This document shows, one piece after another, positions 11,761-24,093 of a DNA stretch of 64,000 nt. The translations under genes were made by a program, and so were the position numbers. Position 1 is the first letter of the stretch; each line of letters starts with the position of its first letter. Origin of the DNA: Malacoraja senta (Eukaryota); NCBI GenBank assembly GCA_038087875.1, contig CM075984.1:37076001-37140000 (forward strand), written 5' to 3'. Under the pieces are notes generated by a model. The model was not told where the DNA came from. It ran no database searches and saw only the letters and a program-made list of their open reading frames with translations.

Positions 11761-12517
11761 TCTGAATGGTGTCAGGTCAGGAAAATGGGAAGTACAACGA
11801 GACATGGGTGTCCTAGTACATCAGTCACTGAAAGTAAGCATACAGGTACAACAGGCAGTGAAGAAAGCTAATGGCATGTTGGCTTTCATAATGAGAGGAG
11901 TTGAGTATAGGAGCAAAAAGGTCCTTCTGCAGTTGTACAGGGCCATGGTGAGAGCACACCTGGAGTATTGTGTGCAGTTTTGGTCTCCAAATTTGAGGAG
12001 GGACATTCTTGCTATTGGGGGAGTACAGCGTAGGTTCACGAGGTTAATTCCCGGGATGGCTGGACTGTCATATGTTTAAAGAATGGAGCGACTGGGCTTG
12101 TACACACTGGAATTTAGAAGGATGAGAGGGCATCTCATAGAAACATATAAAATTATTTAGGGATTGGACACGCTAGATGCAGGAAACATGTTCCCGATGT
12201 TAGGGGAGTCCAGAACCAGGGGCCACAGTTTATGAATAAGGGGTAGGCCATTTAGAACTGAGACGAGGAAAAACGTTTTCACACAAAGTTGTGAATTTGT
12301 GGAATTCTCTGCCTCAGAAGGCAGTGGAGGCCGATTCACTGGATGCATTCAAAAGAGAGTTAGATAGAGCTCTTAGGGCCAGCAGAATCAAGGGGTATGG
12401 GGAGAAGGCAGGAACAGGGTACTGATTGGGGATGATCAGCCATGATCACATTGAATGGCGGTGCTGGATCGAAGGGCCGAATGGCCTACTCCTGCACCTA
12501 TTGTCTATGTATCTATG
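11761..12517 (+). mobile_element. CR1 LINE 3' fragment
   Basis: GVLVHQSLKVSIQVQQAVKKAN..LQLYRAMVRAHLEYCVQFWSP..VQRRFTR; tail GAAGGGCCGAATGGCCTACTCCTGCACC(TCTATG)n. Confidence 0.92.
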
Positions 12518-12718
12518 ATCAGGAAACCGGGATCTCTGCTGTTCACGCCAGTAAAGCACTTGCCCATTGTAATTTTGGATTGGGAAGATGATGACTATGA
12601 CTGGCAACTAACCATTTTCCTGACTATTTTCTAACTGGGTCTGACAATGCTTATCTTAATATTTGATGAACAAATCGATTGCCATGTTCCTGCTGGATTA
12701 TTGACCATGTGAAAATGC

Positions 12719-12991
12719 AGATTCAGGGACAGTTTCTTCCCAGCTGTTATCAGGCAACTGAGTCATCCTACCACAACTGGAGAGCGGTCCTGAACTACTA
12801 CTTCATTGGTGACCCTCGGACTATCTTTGATCGGACTTTACTGGCTTTACCTTGAACTAAAGGTTATTCCCTTATCATGTATAAACACTGTAAATGGCTC
12901 GATTGTAATCACATATTGTCTTTCCGTTCGCTGGTTAGCACGCAACAAAAGCTTTTCACGTGACCATAAACTAAACTGAACTGAACTGAAT
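12719..12991 (+). mobile_element. Rex1/Babar-clade LINE 3' fragment
   Basis: Encodes RFRDSFFPAVIRQL; 3' UTR ends (CTGAA)n; matches rc of 34196-34470. Confidence 0.8.
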
Positions 12992-14889
12992 TCTGGGCAC
13001 CCCACTTTAGGAAAGCTGCCTACACCGGAGAGGGTGCAGAAGAGATGTATTTGATTTACAACAAGGATCAAGGCCAAAAGTCGCATGGAGAAATCTGACA
13101 GGCGGTTCTTCTTGGAGCAGAGAAGATTAAGAGCAGATTTTATTCAGATGTTCTTTTGAATTGATGAGGCAAATCTACTTGCACTGGCAGGCATGTTTGA
13201 AGAGGACACAGACATCAGATGATTAGCAAAGGAAGTGTTAAGGAAACAGGGCATTTTTTAATTGTTACGATTCAGAATGTACTTCTCTGAATGGGTGATG
13301 GAAGCTGAATCAATGGTGACATTAGATTGATATGTGAAGCATTTGGTGAAAGCAGTTAGTTCGCTTGAGAGAGATGAGTCTCACAACCATTTGTGCTTTC
13401 ACCATCCAATGGTGCCCTGTGCTTTCACCATCCAATGGTGCCCTGTTCACTTATCAACCCTTTGACATGTCCACTGGCTATATTGTTCTTTAAAGCCAAT
13501 TTAGTTTCGCAGCTTTTTAACAATGTTATTTATAGGCACACGCTCATGTTATTATTTGCAACCCTATTCATTTAGGTGTGTGAGTGGACCAATTTCAGAT
13601 GTTGCTAATTGAATTGTTGCTCGTATTCAAGATCCATTGTACTTCCCTTGGACTGCTGAGATGCATCGTTTGTGATGCAGTTTGATGTGTTCCTTGTCTG
13701 TGTCCGGGGGTGAATTAACATTGCAACAACTCCTTGTTAATTTAGCCAGCGGAGGAGGGAAGAATCACGGTGGGGGTTGTTCTATCAGAGGATGAGCAAT
13801 AATGTCATTAGCAGCAATTTGTCTCACACCATCAGTTCTTCCACAGGCTCCTTGTAATCAAATTATTCAGCACGTTCTAGTTTTATGATGTGATAACCAA
13901 AGGTAGCGCGGAGTCAGCTGGATGACTCTGGAGTGCGAGTGTGCAGAAAAATCCAATTAATAAGCCAATTAATTGACTATTGAGACTGAACCTTCGAGTC
14001 CCAACTCACTAATGTCACCTGTTCATTCACTCCTAAGATGCCAAGTGTGTAGAAAGAAACTGCAGATGCTGGTTTATACCAAAGGTAGATGCAAAATGCA
14101 GGAGTAACTCAGTCAGTCAGGCGGCATCTCTGGATGAAAAGGGATGGGTGACATTTAAGGGTTCTGACCCAAAACATCACTCATCATTTTTCTCCAGAGA
14201 TGACGTTTCGGGTCGAGACCCTTCAAGACAGCAGTGTTGCCTTTGGGAATCAAATTTTAAAACAAGTTCAAAAGTCGTGAAAAAACAATTTTGTGCACAC
14301 TTCTCCTTGGTTTCCTTCTCCTCACTCTTTCACTACTCCCCTTCACCCCTTCCTTTCCTGCAGCCTGCTATATGATCTTCTTGACCTTGCTGTTGACAAG
14401 CTGAAATCCTTATCTCAGCCCATTATACCGGCTATATTATATCTATGCACCTGTTGCTTTCAATCTACACTTTGCCCAGAGGCAACTCTACCAAATCCAG
14501 AAAAACAATCAATGCGGATTAAGGAACAGACAATTGACTGCAAATATTACATACACATCTTGCTCTGGGTTAAAATGTAATTAAAGGAGTGTGAATTATT
14601 ATAATGGGCCCTATCTTCCTTGAAAGGTATTGTTTATATAATGTTGCTTCCATCTATGTATCAACACCTGTTGCAGGTACATCAATGGAAAAATGTGTCA
14701 AAACATATCACTCTGTTAATAACATCGTGGCAAGGACATAAGATAGAAACATAGAAACATAGAAAATAGGTGCAGGAGTAGGCCATTCGGCCCTTCGAGC
14801 CATTCGATATGATCATGGCTGATCATGGATGTCACTGGTTCTTTCTCCTGCTCGGATAAGAGTATTCAAACATCTCCATTAAAGCTTTA

Positions 14890-15692
14890 GAGAACAAGGA
14901 GGGAACCCAGCGTGAGGGAGGGGGTTGCGAAGGACAGAGAGGTACCCGGTGTGTGTGGGGGGGACGCCGAGAACGAAGAGGGTCCTGGCATGGTGGCGGC
15001 TGCCGAGAGCAAAGAGGGACCTGGTGTTGGGGGCCCATCAGGACAGAGAGGGACAACATTGAACACTTTGTAACTTTGTCGACGTCCTATATGTGGCAAC
15101 TAAGACTGGATAGACTTGGCTTATACTCGCTAGAATTTAGGAGATTGAGAGGGGATCTTATAGAAACGTACAAGATTCTTATGGGGTTGGACAGGCTAGA
15201 TGCAGGAAGATTGTTCCCGATGTTGGGGAAGTCCAGGACAAGGGGTCACAGCTTAAGGATAAGGGGAAAATCCTTTAAGACCGAGATGAGGAAAAACTTT
15301 TTCACACAGAGAGTGGTGAATCTCTGGAACTCTCTGCCACAGAGGGTAGTTGAGGCCAGTTCATTGGCTATATTTAAGAGGGAATTAGATGTGGCCCTTG
15401 TGGCTAAAGGGATCAGGGGGTATGGAGAGAAGGCAGGTACGGGATACTGAGTTGGATGATCAGCCATGATCGTATTGAATGGCGGTGCAGGCTCGAAGGG
15501 CCGAATGGCCTACTCCTGCACCTAATTTCTATGTATCTATGTATAACTCGACGCCCTATATGTGGCATACTTTGTGTATGGCATGCAAAACGAAGAATTT
15601 CACTGTGACACGTTATATGTGATAATAAAGTATCATTCATTCATTCATTCATTCATTCATTCATTCATTCATTCATTCATTCATTCATTCAT
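14890..15692 (+). mobile_element. GC-rich Rex-tailed retroposon interrupted by a CR1 fragment; (TTCA)n tail
   Basis: Ends GAATTTCACTGTGACACG..GTGATAATAAAGTA(TCAT)n; homologous to rc of 3262-3630. Confidence 0.6.
15102..15545 (+). mobile_element. CR1 LINE 3' fragment with ~20-bp flanking duplication
   Basis: RLDRLGLYSLEFRRLRGDLIETYKIL..FFTQRVVNLWNSLP; flanks TCGACG(T/C)CCTATATGTGGCA at 15079-15098 and 15548-15567. Confidence 0.9.
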
Positions 15693-16290
15693 TCTGTTGG
15701 GGTTGTGTGCCTCAGTCAACCAGTGAGACCAGGTCTGGAACCCACACGGTTCTATTAAATACCCCCGTCTAGGACACCATGATTGCAGCCAGAGCTTTGG
15801 ATGAGTGAGAATGCAATGGAAGCTTCTCTTAGTCGGAAGGCTTTTATGGTTTCTATTTTGCCCGTTGCTAACTTGTGTTAGTGACCAAATCTGTTTGTAA
15901 TATACTTGATGAAGCACAAATAATTTAATCTGCCACAAGGCTGCAAAGAAGCAAAGAGTTCTCATTTCAGCCAGATTTAACTGACCTCATCTTCCAGCCG
16001 AGTACATTACCGTTCCTGAGATTTAACGATGAATTCAAGAGTTTCAGAAAAATGTGTCTTTCCTGATTGTGTTCGAACTCGCCGGTTCTGATGAAAAGTC
16101 GTCGCCTGCAATGGAAGATAGAAAAAAGCTACAAAGTGCTGGAGTAACTCAGCGGGTCAGGCAGCATCTCTGGAAAACATGGATAGATGACGTTTTGGGC
16201 CGGCACCCTCCTTCTATGTCTGAAGAGGGCATTCTCGGTGTTGCAGTTGTCCTATTCTCGCACAAAACACCCTTCCCAGAATCAAGAACC

Positions 16291-17035
16291 AGGAAAAGGG
16301 GAGATGCAACGAGACCTGGGTGTCATGGTACACCAGTCATTGAAAGTAGGCATGCAGGTGCAGCAGGCAGTGAAGAAAGCGAATGGTGTGTTAGCATTCA
16401 TAGCAAAAGGATTTGAGTATAGGAGCAGGGAGGTTCTACTGCAGTTGTACAGTGTCTTGGTGAGACCACACCTGGAGTATTGCGTACAGTTTTGGTCTCC
16501 AAATCTGAGGAAAGACATTCTTGCATAGAGGGAGTACAGAGAAGGTTCACCAGATTGATTCCTGGGATGTCAGGACTTTCATATGAAGAAAGACTGGATA
16601 GACTCGGCTTGTACTCGCTAGAATTTAGAAGATGGAGGGGGGATCTTATAGAAACTTACAAAATTCTTAAGGGGTTGGACAGGCTAGATGCAGGAAGATT
16701 GTTCCCGATGTTGGGGAAGTCCAGGACAAGGGATCACAGTTAAGTATAAAGGGGAAATCTTTTAGGACCGAGATGAGAAAAACATTTTTCACACAGAGAG
16801 TGGTGAATCTCTGGAATTCTCTGCCACAGAAGGTAGTTGAGGCCAGTTCATTGGCTATATTTAAGAGGGAGTTAGATGTGGCCCTTGTGGCTAAAGGGAT
16901 CAGGGGGTATGGAGAGAAGGCAGGAACAGGATACTGAGTTGGATGATCAGCCATGATCATATTGAATGGCGGTGCAGGCTCGAAGGGCCGAATGGCCTAC
17001 TCCTGCACCTATTTTCTATGTTTCTATGTTTCTAT
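16291..17035 (+). mobile_element. CR1 LINE 3' fragment
   Basis: RDLGV..HLEYCVQFWSP..RLGLYSLEFRR; (TTTCTATG)n tail; nearly identical to 15102-15545. Confidence 0.92.
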
Positions 17036-17302
17036 ATAGATTTACGGTGAGAGGGGAAAGATGTAATAGGAACCTGAGAGGCAACTTTTTCACACATATG
17101 GCACAAGCTGCCAGAGGAGATTGTTGAGGCAGGTACTATCACAACATTTATGCAATATTTGGACAGGTACATGGATAGGAAAGGTTTAGACGGTTTTGGG
17201 CAAACCCTGGGCAGGTGGGACGAGCTTAGACCAAGGACATCCTGGTCGGCATGGGCAAGTTGGGCGAAAGGGCATGTTTCCATGCTGTATGACTCTTATG
17301 AC
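17036..17302 (+). mobile_element. CR1 3' fragment, second subfamily (tail shared with the V-SINEs)
   Basis: GTTGAGGCAGGTACTAT..GGACAGGTACATGGATAGG..GGGCATGTTTCCATGCTGTATGACTC. Confidence 0.8.
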
Positions 17303-17312
17303 ATGCATTAAG

Positions 17313-17722
17313 GTCATAAGTGATAGGAGTAGAATAAGACCATTTGGCCCATCAAGTCTACTCCGCTATTCAATCATGGCTGATCTATCTCACCCTCCTA
17401 ACATCATTCTCCTGCCTTCTCCTCATAACCTCTGACATCTGTACTAATCAAAAATCTATCTATCTCTGCCTTAAAAATATCCACTGACTTGGCCTCTACA
17501 GCCTTCTGTGGTAAAGGATTCCACAGATTCACCACCCTCTGACTAGATAAATTTCTCCTCATCTCCTTCTTAAAAGAATGTCCTTTAATTTTAAGGCTAT
17601 GACCTCTAGTCCTAGACTCTCCGACTGGTGGAAAACATCCTCTCCACATCCACTCTCTCCAAGCCTTTCACTATTCTGTATGTTTCAATAATGTCCCCCC
17701 TCATTCTTCTAAACTCCAGCGA
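17313..17722 (-). mobile_element. CR1 3' fragment
   Basis: ORF 17404-17649 (GESRTRGHSLKIKG..RVVNLWN) plus tail. Confidence 0.85.
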
Positions 17723-18211
17723 AGTTAACACTTAAAGCCATGTGTTTGCATTGCTCTCTCTCACTGAATCTCTCAATTAAGTCTTTGGCTGCAAGCCACA
17801 TCCAAACATCAATATTTTGCAAGAGTTTGAAGGAGACTACAGTAGAAAAACAATAAATGAATAACAGTCTGTACTTGGAGAACTTTGAGAAACAATGGAA
17901 GCTTTTTTGCAGGTTAGATAATAGAGTTCATCACAGGATAGATTACTTGCCAACCCAATTAGATAATGTGATGCCTGTGTTGGTAGGAGATCAGGTAATT
18001 TGCTACAACAAATTTGCTGTCTATTTACAGTATTTGTTCTTTTTAACTGGAGCAGTTTAACAATTTGGTTACTGAATAGGTTCTCCGTGGGGATTAGCAA
18101 ATGAGGTTGGAGACAATAGACATAATATGGAATAGGATAATGAGGAGCTGTCTTTCCCATGGTAAAAGTTGTGCATAAAAATGCCTTTGTGATAAAGTGG
18201 ATCAAGCTGGG

Positions 18212-18520
18212 CACACACACACACACTCGCACGCACAGAGAAACGCAAACACACACAGAGAAACGCACACACACACACAAACACACGCACACACACACAG
18301 AGAAACACACAGAAAAGCAAACACACTCACAGAAACGCACACACGCACAGAGAAACGCACACACACGGACAAACACACGCGCACACACACAGAAACGCAC
18401 ACACGCACAGAGAAACGCACACACACAGACAAACACACGCGCACACACACAGAAACGCACACACGCACAGAGAAACGCACACACACAGACAAACACACGC
18501 GCACACACACAGAAACGCAA
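18212..18520. repeat. CA-rich compound microsatellite with a ~60-bp higher-order period, running into an assembly gap
   Basis: Repeated ACAGAAACGCACACACGCACAGAGAAACGCACACACACAGACAAACACACGCGCACAC. Confidence 0.95.
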
Positions 18521-18651
18521 NNNNNNNNNNNNNNNNNNNNNNNNNNNNNNNNNNNNNNNNNNNNNNNNNNNNNNNNNNNNNNNNNNNNNNNNNNNNNNNN
18601 NNNNNNNNNNNNNNNNNNNNNNNNNNNNNNNNNNNNNNNNNNNNNNNNNNN
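18521..18651. other. Assembly gap (N run)
   Basis: Ns. Confidence 1.
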
Positions 18652-19588
18652 AGCAAAATAGGTTTTGTACAAGAGACTATTTTTAACTCATATTTGTCAT
18701 TTTGAAATAAGTTTAGAGAGGTTTGCTCACAAGCAACCTTTCTAAACCAAACAAAAGCCTAATATTTTCCACGGCCCACCGTTCTCTATAACCTGTGTTT
18801 TAATTTTTTTGTTCAACACTGCCTGTCAGACTTTAATGTAGTCATGGACAAAAGCCCTTTACAGGATTGTTTCACAGACTTATGAAAGAGGTTGGATTCA
18901 ATGAGATCAGATGGTGGCGATAAGTCGTGTCTAAATCCACTGAATATGCGGTGGATAGATTGAAAAGATGTGGATAATGTGATCAAAGGATTTTTCGTTT
19001 TAACTGGGTTTTTTTAAACATTATTTATCTTTTTTTTAAATCTTTCAAATCTGCAGCTTAAAGATTTTTATTGCTGGTTGCAGAAGGGTCTATTAGTAGT
19101 ATCCTATTACCACTATATGAATGAATTTTGTTCTATGCCACATTGCAGTTGCTGAGATTTTCTTTTAGCTGAAACCTTATATGAGCTTTTAAATACACTC
19201 TGCATTAGGATGGCTTTGATGCAGTCTGACATACCATACAACTTCCCACACATCCTTATCTGCCCATCTAATAAGCAATGACTCTGTTTTTTTGTTTGAT
19301 GAAATGTGACCTCTTAAGTATTATGAGGGGATTGTAAATACTGTTACTCACAAAATAACTTTGATTAACCCTCCCCATCTCCGGCAAAGTAATCAATGTG
19401 GTGGCACTTTGTAAATCTGCCTATTTCTTTTACCTCAGTGCATGAATAAATTTGGAATTGAATTTCTGCAGGAATATTCTTGCAAAGATAGTGTGTTCAA
19501 ATATATCAGGGTGGTTCGAGAGCTTGGCCTTCACTATTCACCATTGAGCCTGGTTTTATAAGCAGAGCAGACGGAGTCATTTTAAGTG

Positions 19589-19793
19589 TGTCGGAAGGGA
19601 CCGCAGATGATGGTTTACACCGAAGATGGACACAAAATGCTTTGGAGTAACTCAGCGGGTTAGGCAATATCTCTGGAGAAAAGGAATAGATAATGTTTTG
19701 GGTCGAGACCCTTCTTCAGACTCTTGGGTTGCCTTTTTTCTAGAGATGCTTCCTGACCTGCTGAGTTACTCCAGCATTTTGTGCCTATCTTCT
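19589..19793. mobile_element. Fold-back pair of PLE hammerhead units with 15-bp TSD
   Basis: GAGTCATTTTAAGTG at 19574-19588 and 19794-19808. Confidence 0.88.
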
Positions 19794-20057
19794 GAGTCAT
19801 TTTAAGTGCTCCCTTATTTGTCGATATAGGCACATCAATTTTCAGCCCCGACCCCTCCCCATCTGCAATTTGTGGATCAAGATATGTGGCCTACCCACCC
19901 TTTCCTTCCACTCCCTGTCATCAAAACAAATTTCTTCTGGCTGAACAGAACTTAAAACTAAGGCGAAGAAAGAATCAAAGAACGGAGGTAGGCAGATGGG
20001 AAGGAAGCAGAGCTCTCTGAGTTTGAGAGGAAAGGAAGAAGGTCACCACAGTGACCA

Positions 20058-20180
20058 GGGGAGAGAGGTGGTCACGGGGACAATGTACAAACTTGGAACA
20101 GACAGCACCCGTGGTCAGGATCGAACCCGGAGCTCTGGCGCAGTAAGGCAGCAACTCTACTGCTGCGCCACCATGCCGCC
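20058..20180 (-). mobile_element. V-SINE 5' portion
   Basis: rc of the tRNA-like head. Confidence 0.75.
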
Positions 20181-21035
20181 CAATGTCAGAGGCCAGAGAA
20201 TGGGTGACGTGGATAATTGAACATGTCACACTGATGCACTGTTGTGAGGTTTGGCAGAGGCTCATTATTGATGCAAGAAGGGGTTGTAACTAGATATTAT
20301 ACATTTCCTGATCTGGGAATGCTTGACCTGAGCATTCAGCACAGGAGAAGGAGAAGAAAGGATTCCATTCCTCAGTTCTAACCCTTCTAGCCGAGACAAG
20401 CTCAAAGAAAAATGCACATTTCTTGGGCATGAAGTGCACACTGAAAATAGATAGATTGAAGAAAATGGTTCTGCTTTTAACAAACACAGGTTATGGGGAG
20501 AAGGCAGGAGAATGGGGTTAGGAGGGAGAGATAGATCAGCCATGATTGAATGGTGGAGTAGACTTGATAGGCCGAATGGCCTAATTCTGCTCATATCACG
20601 TATGAACTTATGAAATACCATAAGATGGCCAAGGCTCAAGTGCTGAAGGCTGCTCTCATTGGGTAATCTACACAGCAGTTTCCAGCAGCAGTGGATCAGA
20701 AATCTGATTCAATTTGTGCTACAAATTGCCGTGTAAACCTGAATATTATGCAGTTGTGGCAATTGTCTCAAATCGTAGGTAGTTCAACCCAGATCAATCG
20801 CAGTGATTTGGAAAATACACCTTCTACGAAATTGATTTTATATTCTGCTTATTTGTAACCTCTCCATGCTCTCCCTGAATTTCAGATGCATGTATTATTT
20901 TTGTTGCGGCCGGTGGTAATTTGTCAGGCTTATTAAAGGGTGTGTGACAACACAGCACCCTGCAAATGTCTTGGGAAGAACTTAGTTACGTCAGTGTTTG
21001 AAGGAGTCCTCAGAACAACCTTTCATGACGGGGTG

Positions 21036-21151
21036 TGTAAGAAGGAAGTGCAGATGCTGGTTTAAACTGAAGATAGACACAAAAAGCTGGAGTAACTCCG
21101 GCAGCATCTCTGGAGAGAAGGAATGGTTGACGTTTCAGGCCGAGACCCTTC
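21036..21151 (-). mobile_element. Solo PLE hammerhead unit with 14-bp TSD
   Basis: TTCATGACG(G/T)GGTG at 21022-21035 and 21152-21165. Confidence 0.82.
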
Positions 21152-21534
21152 TTCATGACGTGGTGAACTCTTTTATGTCAAAAGAATGTCAAAATCTCTA
21201 ATGTAATATAGGATGTGATGCATAGGTTTTTTTATTTGAAAGAAAAAATAATCTTCCTTCAGGGTCTATAATAATGATGGAATTTCTCTTGGAAAGCTGC
21301 AATGGGATTCCTACCGGAACTTTAATTAAAAGTGTTTACGGGCTTTTGCAAGTATGTTCAAGTCAACTGTCTCCTCAGGAAACTGTTCCAAAGATAACCT
21401 TGGCTTTCCACACTAAACTGAGCTGTGCAGAGTAAAGGAATACAGGCTGTGGTTACAGATGTGCTCTGTGCGTTATTGCTTTTCCACATTTCTCAGCCAG
21501 TCCCTCTGAAGCCAGGCAAGGATTTGTGCTGTGG

Positions 21535-22030
21535 ATAGACACAAAAAGCTGGAGTAACTCAGTGGGTCAGACTGAGAAAAGCAATAGATGACGTTTCGGG
21601 TCGAGACCCTACTTCAGACTGAGAGTCTGGGGAAAGTGCAACGAGAGATATAGACGGTGATATAGAGAGATATAGAACAAATAATGAAAAATAAGCAAAA
21701 AATTTAATGATGATAAAGGAAACAGGCCATTGTTTGCTGTGGGCTAGGTGAAAACGAGTTCCAGACAATGAAGCTGACCAGGATGACATTGAAACAACAA
21801 GGGTGGGGGTGGGATGAAGATGGAGTGGATGCAAGGGTTACTTGAAGTTAGAGAAATCAATACATACCACTGGGTTGTAAGCTGCCCAAGCAAAATATGA
21901 CGTGCTTTTCCTACAAATTTGCATTTGGCCTCACTCTTACAATGGAGGAGGTCCAGGACAGAAAGGTCAGTGTGGGAATGGGAAGGGGAATTAAAGTGTT
22001 TAGCAACCGGGAGATCAGGTAGGCCCATGT
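21535..22030 (-). mobile_element. PLE 3' fragment with GIY-YIG C-terminus
   Basis: PDLPVAKHFNSPSHSHTDLSVL.. homologous to 1229-1795; UTR and terminal unit present. Confidence 0.85.
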
Positions 22031-22486
22031 GGATTTGTGTTGATCGATGGGCTGCAAATGAAATCATCATCTGCTGCAACATTGTTCTCCACATCCCCCC
22101 TCAAGTTAATGTGACCTCCAGTGGAGATGAGCTTAACAGATTCTGCAGTGCGGTTGAGCAAAGCTCCAGCTAGTTGAAAAACTCAGAGCTTTACATTACC
22201 CTTGTGCACTGCTTCACATCACAACCAAACTATTCAGACTTGGAGTATGCTAACAAGAAGAAAATTGCTCGTGTTTCAGCAGGACCAACATTGATACAGC
22301 TTTCTATTTGAGCTTGAGGAGGGTGCTAAAACATGCAAGAGTGAACACAGTGGCCTTTTCAAGGTTCAAGGTTTGTTTATTGTCACATGTACCAATTAAG
22401 GTACAGTGAAATTCAGATTGCCATACAGTCATACCAATAAAGAGCAACAATAAAAAGGGACTATAGATGCTGGTTTATACCAAAGA

Positions 22487-22878
22487 TCTTATTGATGTGT
22501 ACAAGACCATGAGATGTATAGATAGGATAAATGCACAGAGCCTTTTGCACAGTATTTTATGAAGAATAAGGGAATCAAGAACCACAGGGCAAAGGTTTTC
22601 AGGTGTGGGGGAAAAGATTTCATAGAAACCTGAAGTGCAAGTTTTGTACACAAAGAGTGGGAGGTAAATGGAACAAGGTATATGGAACAGAGGAGATAGC
22701 TGAGGCAGGTACTATTGCAACGTTTAAAAAACCCATCTACACAGGTACATGGATAGGATAGGTTTAGAAGAATATGGGTCAAACACAGATAGGTTGGACT
22801 AGTATGAGTGGGGCATGTTTGTCGGCATGGGCAAGTTGGGACGAAGGGTCTGTTTCTACCTTGTATGTCTCTATGACT
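22487..22878 (+). mobile_element. CR1 3' fragment
   Basis: GATCTTATTGATGTGTACAAG..AGAACCACAGGGCA..tail. Confidence 0.75.
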
Positions 22879-23751
22879 TCCATGAAAGGTCTCCTAGTAG
22901 AAGTCAGACTTTGCTCATCAGCCATCGTTTGCATGGAATTTTATCTCCCGACTCTAAAGGCTATTCATTTGCCGTGATTTGAGTGTTGCCTGCTGATTTT
23001 CAGGGTGAGCCCATCAGAGCTCCTGAATCTTCTACAATTAGTGCCGGCAGTCAACTTCCAGTAATTTCCAGATAATGGGTAATAGATGCTTATAAGTGGT
23101 GCTGTTGGATACTGAAGCACAGCACTTGTAAACTTTCCCAAGGTCACACAACATCCTGGAAACTTACGAGCAGACCTTGAGGAAATCAATAAAGCAGTTT
23201 AGCTCCATCTCCAAAACAGACGTAGGGTACTTTTGTCTTTTTTCAGCATCAAAGAATACGAAAAAAGCTCAAAATCCTTCCCTCCATCCTCAGAATCATT
23301 ACTCGGGAAAGTTGCCGTGGAAAATAAGCATGAGATTGTTTGAGCCAATTGGCCGGTAGACCTGTGTGTCACAACTTAGGAAAAAATCTTGGACCACCTC
23401 CCTCTTATTATTCTACAGTGTACAGAGATTCAAACCAATGGTACCTGAATTGAAAATGTGTAGAGGTTGACCCAGGATTTCCATTTGAGACCACACCGAG
23501 CCTGCATTTCGAAGCGGTGCCAAAGGGTCTCCAACCTAAAACTCTCTTTCTCATTTCTCACAGATGCCGCTGGCATTTTGAGTGTTCCTGTTATTTTATA
23601 TTTTTACTTTGGTTTCGATATGGTCAATTGTCTTCAGGTCTCTTTAACCAGTGGCTTCTGGCGAGTGAACTTTCTCCAAGGCTGTTTAATTTAGCAGGTT
23701 TTTACTCTCCATTGAAGAGGATGCCCTGAGTAGACGACAAACCATGGGACT

Positions 23752-23859
23752 GAGTACCATTCAGTACCTTAGTACCATTCAGTACCTTAGTACCATCTAG
23801 TACCTTCATACCATTCAGTATCTTAGTACCATCTAGTACCTTAGTACCATTCAGTACCT
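23752..23859. repeat. 18-bp minisatellite (AGTACCATTCAGTACCTT), ~6 copies
   Basis: Direct reading. Confidence 0.9.
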
Positions 23860-23948
23860 GTTAGCCTGTTCATGGGTGTGCTAACACAGTTAGCCTGTTC
23901 ATGGGTGTGCTAACACAGTTAGCCTGTTCATGGGTGTGCTAACACAGT
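23860..23948. repeat. Perfect 29-bp tandem repeat x3
   Basis: GTTAGCCTGTTCATGGGTGTGCTAACACA starting at 23860, 23889 and 23918. Confidence 0.95.
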
Positions 23949-23981
23949 ATGTTCCATAATAATGCACAGAATTATGTCTAG

Positions 23982-24093
23982 CTCATAATTATTAATGTGT
24001 TTCTCTTTTCTCTTTCTCTTCTTGGTCCTTCTTGATGGTTGCTGGTCCCCCTCAACATTATATGCTGTTATCACCTTCACCGTTCAGGTAAGC
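23982..24093 (+). promoter_or_regulatory. Candidate recursive splice site (3'ss abutting 5'ss)
   Basis: No AG in 23982-24085, long pyrimidine tract, then TTCAG|GTAAGC. Confidence 0.5.

Noticed and set aside
13392-13450. Short local tandem duplications (also ~42165, ~46606, ~63088)
   Set aside because: Ordinary slippage duplications with no further structure
17837-18686. Long ORFs (up to 227 aa) rich in C/V or H/T
   Set aside because: Translation of a CA microsatellite and an N gap
23752-23948. CRISPR-like 29-bp palindromic repeats
   Set aside because: Head-to-tail with no spacers, no cas genes, eukaryotic context
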